Virus record (IMG/VR): IMGVR_UViG_3300021085_000019
Span: 19,653 to 83,652 of that record
Strand: one strand, 5' to 3'
Length of the DNA: 64,000 bases
Origin: a virus
Position 1 is the stretch's first letter. Each line of letters starts with the position of its first letter. The notes beneath the pieces are model-generated. The model was not told the DNA's origin, searched no databases, and worked only from the letters and a program-made list of their open reading frames with translations. Shown here piece by piece: positions 58,487 to 64,000 of this stretch. Made by a program: the position numbers and the translations under genes.

Positions 58487-58893
58487 GCACCGACTGGGTA
58501 AATGACATTGAAGTCATGCAGGATAAGTTTGAAACTCTTGAATGGGTTTTTAATAATAAAGAAAACAAAGACAAGCTAAAAGCTTTTCTTAAATTCAGAA
58601 TTGATTTTCTACAAGAAGAACTTGATGAAACTAAGAAGGCATATGAAACTATGGACGGTGAAGAAATCGTTGATGGTTTAATCGATTTATGTGTTGTTGC
58701 AATTGGAACCTTAGATGCTTTTGGCGTGGATGCGTACAAAGCATGGGATGAAGTTCTTAAAGCAAATATGTCAAAAAATGTTGGCGTTAAAGAAGGCCGA
58801 CCTAATCCGTTGGGACTTCCCGATCTTATGAAACCTGAAGGTTGGACAGCTCCATCACACGAAGGTAACCATGGTATCTTTGACGATCTTTGA
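58483..58893 (+). CDS. MazG/PRA-PH-like all-alpha NTP pyrophosphohydrolase
   Basis: LQEELDE...EIVDGLIDL...V.KANMSK...KPEGW. Confidence 0.8.
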   Translation: MSTDWVNDIEVMQDKFETLEWVFNNKENKDKLKAFLKFRIDFLQEELDETKKAYETMDGEEIVDGLIDLCVVAIGTLDAFGVDAYKAWDEVLKANMSKNVGVKEGRPNPLGLPDLMKPEGWTAPSHEGNHGIFDDL

Positions 58894-59788
58894 TAGTATA
58901 TACGATAACAAGACAGTAAAACGTGTTGACTATAATTCGTTTGACGACTTTGAGAAAGTATTATACAAACTAGCAGCAAGCGATAAGTATCAGAAAAAAG
59001 CTGATGCTCCCCTAATATCACCTGCTACATATCAACCCGAAACTACTCGAGCTAATGTAAATGTAACTGGCTGGGGTGGTTTCGGCATTGTTGATGTTGA
59101 TGATTATGAAGGATCAATCGAAGATATTCATGAAAAGTATTCAGAGTACAAGTATGTCTGTTATTCTACAGCATCATCAACTAAAGAACATCCTAAATTT
59201 AGATTAGTATTTCCACTTACAGAATACGTGGAAGCAGATAAAATCAAACACTTTTGGTTTGCACTCAATAAAGAAATAGGAGACATCGCAGATGCCCAAA
59301 CAAAAGATTTATCCAGAATGTACTACGTCCCAAGTAGATACAAAGGATCTTATAATTTCATATTCTCACACGATGGAGTCACAATGGACCCCAACAAACT
59401 TATGGAACAACACAGATATGTCGTACCAAATGAATCGTTTTTCGATAAGTTACCAAGCGCGATTAAGGAAGGGCTTATACAACATCGTAAAGAAAGACTC
59501 AGTAACACTGACTTTTCATGGACAGGATATCAAGACTGCCCTTTTGTAAATAAAAAGCAAATCTCTGATTATAAGTCTATTACAGGCTCTGGTTGGTATT
59601 TACAAATGTACAAGATTATGGTTTCAACCGCAGGTAATGCAATGCAAAGAGGTTATCCGATATCAGCAAAAGAAATTGCATGGATATGTTCAGATTTAGA
59701 TAACGATACAGGCGGTTGGTATGGTAAAAGAGATATGGTAAAAGAAGCTGAACGTGCCATCGAATTTGTATTTAGGAATAATATATGA
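58871..59788 (+). CDS. AEP-superfamily primase/primase-polymerase-like protein
   Basis: hhDhD (IVDVDD); YSTASS....PKFRLVFPL; D.QTKD.SR.YY. Confidence 0.7.
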   Translation: MVSLTIFDSIYDNKTVKRVDYNSFDDFEKVLYKLAASDKYQKKADAPLISPATYQPETTRANVNVTGWGGFGIVDVDDYEGSIEDIHEKYSEYKYVCYSTASSTKEHPKFRLVFPLTEYVEADKIKHFWFALNKEIGDIADAQTKDLSRMYYVPSRYKGSYNFIFSHDGVTMDPNKLMEQHRYVVPNESFFDKLPSAIKEGLIQHRKERLSNTDFSWTGYQDCPFVNKKQISDYKSITGSGWYLQMYKIMVSTAGNAMQRGYPISAKEIAWICSDLDNDTGGWYGKRDMVKEAERAIEFVFRNNI

Positions 59789-60306
59789 AAAAATTAGATA
59801 AGTTATTACTTGTTTTTGGCTATATAATAGTATTCACGTATTTTATACTAGCCGCTGGAAAGGCTTATGGATATGACGAAAATGAAACTATGTCTGACAG
59901 TAGATATTGTATGGCGCAAAACATTTATTTTGAATCTGCTAATCAGTCATTCGCAGGAAAATTAGCAGTAGCACATGTAGTTACAAACCGAGTAGAAGAT
60001 TTACAATTTCCAAATTCTGTTTGTGGCGTGATATATCAGTCGAAGACTAGGATTAATTGGAAAGGTAATGAGGTTCCAATTAGAAATCAATGTCAATTCA
60101 GCTGGTATTGTGACGGAAAATCTGATGAACCGGTAGATTCTGTTACGTGGATTAAGTCGCTTTATATTGCGGACTTAGTTTTGACTGGTAAATATAAAGA
60201 TATTACAGAAGGCGCTTTGTGGTATCATGCAGATTACATCTATCCGTATTGGGCAGATGAATTAGAAATAGTAACACAAATTGACAATCACATATTTTAC
60301 AAATAG
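59785..60306 (+). CDS. Cell wall hydrolase, SleB/Hydrolase_2 family
   Basis: N-terminal TM/signal; CMAQNIYFES; V.NRV...FPNSVCGV; CQFSWYCDG; YHADY; IDNHIFY. Confidence 0.88.
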   Translation: MKKLDKLLLVFGYIIVFTYFILAAGKAYGYDENETMSDSRYCMAQNIYFESANQSFAGKLAVAHVVTNRVEDLQFPNSVCGVIYQSKTRINWKGNEVPIRNQCQFSWYCDGKSDEPVDSVTWIKSLYIADLVLTGKYKDITEGALWYHADYIYPYWADELEIVTQIDNHIFYK

Positions 60307-60314
60307 GAGGAATA

Positions 60315-60734
60315 ATGTATAGGTATAAAGTGTATGTAACAAGAATAGTAGATGGAGATACGGTCGACGTAGATGTTGATTTAGGTTTCAGCACTATTCT
60401 TAAAAAGCAAAGAGTTAGAATGATGGGTATTGATACTCCAGAATCTAGGACTCGTGATTTAGAAGAAAAATTTTACGGTAAACAGAGTAAGGCTCACTTA
60501 GAATCAATCTTATCTGAAGGTGATGTGCAATTACAGTCGCACGGCAAAGGTAAGTTTGGTAGAATTTTAGGAGAACTATTTGTTGGAGATAGTTCATACA
60601 GTATTAATCAACAAATGATTGACGAACACCATGCTGTTCCATATTTCGGTCAATCAAAAGATGATACTGAAAAAGGACATTTGTGGAATAGAGCAGCATT
60701 AAACGAGCAAGGTATCGTTTATGAAGGTTCATAA
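60315..60734 (+). CDS. Thermonuclease (SNase-like)
   Basis: RIVDGDTVD; RVRMMGIDTPE; GKFGRILG. Confidence 0.88.
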   Translation: MYRYKVYVTRIVDGDTVDVDVDLGFSTILKKQRVRMMGIDTPESRTRDLEEKFYGKQSKAHLESILSEGDVQLQSHGKGKFGRILGELFVGDSSYSINQQMIDEHHAVPYFGQSKDDTEKGHLWNRAALNEQGIVYEGS

Positions 60735-61218
60735 GTCAGACATAATTACTGAATTCAATGGAATATATTCTGGAATTCCTACTTCAGAATTCATTGCTAA
60801 AAGAGATAAACACGTCGCTAAGACTCGTGATAATAGCGAGCTAAATAAATATCGCAGATGGGATTCAGAATTTCCAGAAAATGATATCATAAATCATCGC
60901 GATGATCTTACACTATATGAAGGTATTGCGTATGATAATGTACATGAAAAATACGGCAATATTGATTTTAAAATGTTTGCTAAGATCGGAGTTAAAATCA
61001 ATTACTATCCGCAAGAACAAGTACTACTAGGTAATATAGATCACTTTCTTATTTGGAAATGGGTAGAACAATGGTCAAATCCATTAAGAGAAGGCGAAGA
61101 ATATTCTTACGAAATACTTGGAATGATTGATGCTCATAAAGCGGTTAACGCGTTACGCGTCGGCAAATCGTTTCCAGGTAAAGATCCAGATTACAGGTTT
61201 AATTTCCCATTAAATTAA
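60721..61218 (+). CDS. Hypothetical protein, possible PD-(D/E)xK nuclease
   Basis: YD...(8)...IDFK spacing; weak evidence. Confidence 0.55.
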   Translation: MKVHKSDIITEFNGIYSGIPTSEFIAKRDKHVAKTRDNSELNKYRRWDSEFPENDIINHRDDLTLYEGIAYDNVHEKYGNIDFKMFAKIGVKINYYPQEQVLLGNIDHFLIWKWVEQWSNPLREGEEYSYEILGMIDAHKAVNALRVGKSFPGKDPDYRFNFPLN

Positions 61219-61230
61219 TGAAAAAAACTG

Positions 61231-61259
61231 TGTACAAACGCCTCACACTGTGTTATAAT
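61231..61259 (+). promoter_or_regulatory. Early promoter of the DNA-modification operon
   Basis: A-tract, TGTACA-N17-TATAAT with TG extension. Confidence 0.8.
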
Positions 61260-61288
61260 AACCATATTAAAATTGAAAAGGCATTACT

Positions 61289-61594
61289 ATGAAATTTGAT
61301 GAAGGCAAAGCTCCATTAGCTTTAATTCCACCAGAAGCATTATTAGAAATCGCAGAAGTATTCGGCTTCGGCGCAGAAAAGTATGGCGTAAACAACTGGC
61401 GTGATGATGGTGATTCAACCAGTAAGCTACGAACTTATTCTTCAATACAACGACATCTTAACGCATGGCATGCAGGCGAAGATCTAGATCCAGAATCTGG
61501 TAAAACACATTTATCCCATGCCGCAACACAACTAATGATTCTGATGATGCACTGTATGGAGCATCCGGAACTTGACGATAGGTACAAAAAATGA
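61289..61594 (+). CDS. dATP/dGTP diphosphohydrolase-like protein (DUF5664)
   Basis: KFDEGK..L.LIP..AL..IA.V..FGA.KYG..NW; RHL.AW..GED.DPESG..HL.HA. Confidence 0.85.
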   Translation: MKFDEGKAPLALIPPEALLEIAEVFGFGAEKYGVNNWRDDGDSTSKLRTYSSIQRHLNAWHAGEDLDPESGKTHLSHAATQLMILMMHCMEHPELDDRYKK

Positions 61595-62268
61595 TTTATA
61601 TAAACGCAATTAGAGAACACTTCAAACAGGAACTAGCAAATGAAAATTTTGTTATAGATCGTAATGGCGGTAAGACTATCGAATTGTTAGGTGCATCATT
61701 CCATGCATCGGAGCCTGCAATATTTGGTAAACCAAATGAAGAATATATTAAAGCGGAAATTGAATGGTATGAGTCACAGTCGACAAACATTAACGACATC
61801 TACAGGACAAAAAGTAGTCACGTTGGTTTAAGAAAGGCAACACCTGCCGCATGGGTAATGACCGCAAATGATCATGGTGAAATTAATTCAAACTATGGTC
61901 ATCTTATTTTCAGTGACAAGTATCACAATCAATTTGATCAAGTTGTAAATGAGTTACGTAAAAATAAAGATTCTCGTAGAGCATCAATGGTATATCAACG
62001 CCCATCAATTTGGCTTGAATACAATGATCAAGGTAAAAACGATTTTATTTGCACTAATTCAGTTACGTATTATATTCGCGATGATGTTTTACACTGTGTA
62101 GTTCAAATGCGTTCTAACGATGTTATATTTGGATACCGTAATGATTATGCATGGCAAGAGTACGTGTTATGCGAACTAGCAGACGAACTTGGTGTTGATG
62201 ATGGTGAAATATATTGGCAAGTGCAGAACCTTCATGTTTATGAACGTCATTTTGATTTGGTGAAGTAA
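61591..62268 (+). CDS. g42: dCMP hydroxymethylase, T4 gp42-like
   Basis: KTIELLGASF, GEINSNYG, DSRR, DFICTN, MRSNDVIFGYRNDYAWQ, LHVYERHF all recall T4 gp42; Asp (RND) at the dCMP-specificity position. Confidence 0.85.
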   Translation: MIYINAIREHFKQELANENFVIDRNGGKTIELLGASFHASEPAIFGKPNEEYIKAEIEWYESQSTNINDIYRTKSSHVGLRKATPAAWVMTANDHGEINSNYGHLIFSDKYHNQFDQVVNELRKNKDSRRASMVYQRPSIWLEYNDQGKNDFICTNSVTYYIRDDVLHCVVQMRSNDVIFGYRNDYAWQEYVLCELADELGVDDGEIYWQVQNLHVYERHFDLVK

Positions 62269-62729
62269 TGAGCTGGGATAGTGCAAAAACTTATAAATGG
62301 GATAAACGCTATTTAGCTTTAGCAGAACATATCTCGACCTGGTCAAAAGATCCATCAAAGAAGATTGGTGCTGTGGCCGTTGGTGAAAAGGGACAAGTAT
62401 TGGCTCAAGGTTATAATGGATTCCCTCGAGGAATCGATGATCAAGAATCAATGTACGAAAATAAAGTTATTAAATATCAGCATGTTGTTCATGCAGAGAT
62501 GAATTGTATATATAATGCTACATACAATGGAACGTCACTTGATGGAGCTACAATGTATATACACGGATTACCGGTTTGTTCAGAATGTGCAAAGGGCATT
62601 ATTCAAGTCGGTATTAAAAGGGTAGTGACTGAGGAGATACAAACATCTACGCCAGAACGTTGGGTAGAGTCGACTCAGTTAACTAAAAAAATGTTTGATG
62701 AAGCCGGAGTTATTTACGACTTTATCTAA
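62268..62729 (+). CDS. cd: dCMP deaminase
   Basis: WSKDPS; GYNGFP; HAEMN; PVCSECAK. Confidence 0.92.
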   Translation: MSWDSAKTYKWDKRYLALAEHISTWSKDPSKKIGAVAVGEKGQVLAQGYNGFPRGIDDQESMYENKVIKYQHVVHAEMNCIYNATYNGTSLDGATMYIHGLPVCSECAKGIIQVGIKRVVTEEIQTSTPERWVESTQLTKKMFDEAGVIYDFI

Positions 62730-62737
62730 AGCGTTAT

Positions 62738-62814
62738 GCGCTTGTAGCTCAGCTGGATAGAGCATCGGCCTTCTAAGCCGAGGGTCTCAGGTTCGAATCC
62801 TGACAGGCGCGCCA
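62738..62814 (+). tRNA. tRNA-Arg(UCU)
   Basis: Acceptor GCGCTTG/CAGGCGC; D-arm GCTC..GAGC; anticodon arm TCGGC-CTTCTAA-GCCGA; TTCGAAT T-loop; encoded CCA. Confidence 0.95.
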
Positions 62815-62833
62815 AAAAAAAGAGGAAAAGCAA

Positions 62834-63067
62834 ATGCTTTATATAGATTACAAATTTGAAATGACCGATGCGGGTTTAACTTTTATCGATACTGACTCAA
62901 TATTAGAGCCTGACTGTCTATTAAAAATAGATACGACTCCATTCAAAGTTGGAGATTGTTTTGTATTAACACAAACTGTAAATGGAAATCTGTTTTTTCG
63001 TAAAACAAAGCAAAGATTTAATCATTTATTCACGCCTATGCAATTAGAGCTAAATTTCGAGAAATAA
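62834..63067 (+). CDS. Hypothetical protein
   Basis: GAGG SD; tight packing. Confidence 0.65.
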   Translation: MLYIDYKFEMTDAGLTFIDTDSILEPDCLLKIDTTPFKVGDCFVLTQTVNGNLFFRKTKQRFNHLFTPMQLELNFEK

Positions 63068-63069
63068 CG

Positions 63070-63300
63070 ATGGCAACAAAAAATGATATAACTGGAGATT
63101 CTATTAAATCCAAAGGTCTATCTAAAAAAGGTAAAGATAACTGGGATAAGATTTTTGGTAAGAAAGATATAAAGGTACGTAAGACCACGCCTGATCATGG
63201 TAATACACAAGTCCATAAAGACAAAAGTAAATATGATCGCAAGTCTTATAAAGATGAAATTAGATCTCAGCAAGATCTTAACTGGGATGGTAATGACTAA
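63070..63300 (+). CDS. Basic phage hypothetical protein
   Basis: MATKNDITGDSIKSK...NWDKIFGKK. Confidence 0.7.
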   Translation: MATKNDITGDSIKSKGLSKKGKDNWDKIFGKKDIKVRKTTPDHGNTQVHKDKSKYDRKSYKDEIRSQQDLNWDGND

Positions 63301-63589
63301 AATGGTAGACTTTGATCCTAAAGAATTAAAGAATAGTAAAAGGATATTTAAAAGTGCAACTCCTAAATATACATTAGATTGGTATATTAAATGGATAGCT
63401 TCTGTATTTGTTTTATCTGCTATGTCCATGAGGGGAATTGAAGGATACCAGACTTATGATGTAGTTCTATCAATTATAGGCATTTTGCTGTGGTTAATAG
63501 TGTCTATTTTATGGAAAGATCGTGCACTCATACTTCTCAATGGTGTAGGATTATTATTTTTAGTGAGGAATTTGTTTACGATACTATGA
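63293..63589 (+). CDS. Small three-TM membrane protein (DUF6552-like)
   Basis: WYIKWIAS...LWKDRALILLN; start likely 63293 or 63302 rather than 63197. Confidence 0.65.
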   Translation: MTKMVDFDPKELKNSKRIFKSATPKYTLDWYIKWIASVFVLSAMSMRGIEGYQTYDVVLSIIGILLWLIVSILWKDRALILLNGVGLLFLVRNLFTIL

Positions 63590-64000
63590 TAAAAACTGAA
63601 TATTATTATGACTTTTTAAAGTACTTTAAACTTGCAAAAGATCAACAGATTAAGTGTAATGTGCCAAACTTTATGCCACACCGTGAAAGCAATATGAATG
63701 ACGATCTAATGGAAAACGTAGAACTATATGATGTAGTTGAACGTAAGTACGCAGGATTCTCTCAGATCATAAATGATATTTTTTACGGATGGACTGATAA
63801 ACATCCATATTGGGATAGAATGCAAGCAGGAGAAGCAACTGCTCAAAGGGAGTTGATCGCAAAAAACTGGACTGGTAAGACTCATTCTCTTGAGACTTGG
63901 TTATATCTTTTTATTCTACATAGAGTTACAGGTTCTGCTATCAATTACGGAACTAAACCATCTGGATATCATAACACATTACTGTTTAAACTTCATCTAG
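63586..64000 (+). CDS. 3'-truncated helical protein, candidate DNA hypermodification enzyme (not in the ORF track)
   Basis: ATGA overlap; open to the window end: MIKTEYYYDFLKYF...ELYDVVERKYAGFS...WLYLFILHRVTGS. Confidence 0.6.
   Translation, partial: MIKTEYYYDFLKYFKLAKDQQIKCNVPNFMPHRESNMNDDLMENVELYDVVERKYAGFSQIINDIFYGWTDKHPYWDRMQAGEATAQRELIAKNWTGKTHSLETWLYLFILHRVTGSAINYGTKPSGYHNTLLFKLHL

Noticed and set aside
61591-62268. Ordinary thymidylate synthase ThyA
   Set aside because: It lacks the LPPCH and PFN motifs and has the gp42-type DFxCTN and RND(Asp) signature.
366-63429. Numerous 60-213 aa ORFs on the minus strand or in alternate frames (e.g. 24832-25473, 58476-59021, 7545-8036)
   Set aside because: They are shadows of long, well-supported + strand genes, with no SD or motifs and composition typical of antisense frames.
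1-64000. CRISPR array, rRNA or integrase
   Set aside because: No regularly spaced repeats, rRNA-like segment or recombinase motifs were seen.

Overview
A 64-kb, AT-rich segment of a T4-like myovirus. Gene content (hsp20, CobS/VWA pair, cyanophage/pelagiphage-style fibres) suggests an aquatic phage; the host cannot be determined. Essentially all genes are on the + strand. 1-29.7 kb is a very large tail-fibre/adhesin region: five fibre-type proteins up to 2602 aa (two with S74 chaperone ends), three LamG lectin-like proteins and a beta-helix-like protein. 29.7-41.9 kb is the T4 core morphogenesis block (g13-g23, g3). 42-58 kb holds uvsY, uvsW, g55, g47, g46, a peptidase-VWA/MoxR-AAA pair, g45, g44, g62, regA, hsp20 and g43. 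58-64 kb is a nucleotide/DNA-modification module: MazG-like NTP-PPase, AEP-type primase, SleB hydrolase, SNase, dATP/dGTP diphosphohydrolase-like protein, a T4 gp42-like dCMP hydroxymethylase, dCMP deaminase, tRNA-Arg(UCU) and a possible hypermodification enzyme cut by the window end. Regulation is readable by eye: many TATAAATA late promoters and a family of TGTACA-N17-TATAAT early promoters. The most interesting signals are (i) an identical 20-nt bulged hairpin with different but pairing flanks in the late leaders of hsp20 and an unknown 91-aa gene, (ii) an early-type promoter on the minus strand firing antisense towards uvsW (origin or antisense-RNA candidate), (iii) a cytosine-modification locus with non-T4 partners, and (iv) an AEP primase in a T4-type replisome. 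Protein identifications come from remembered motifs and synteny; no database search was run.
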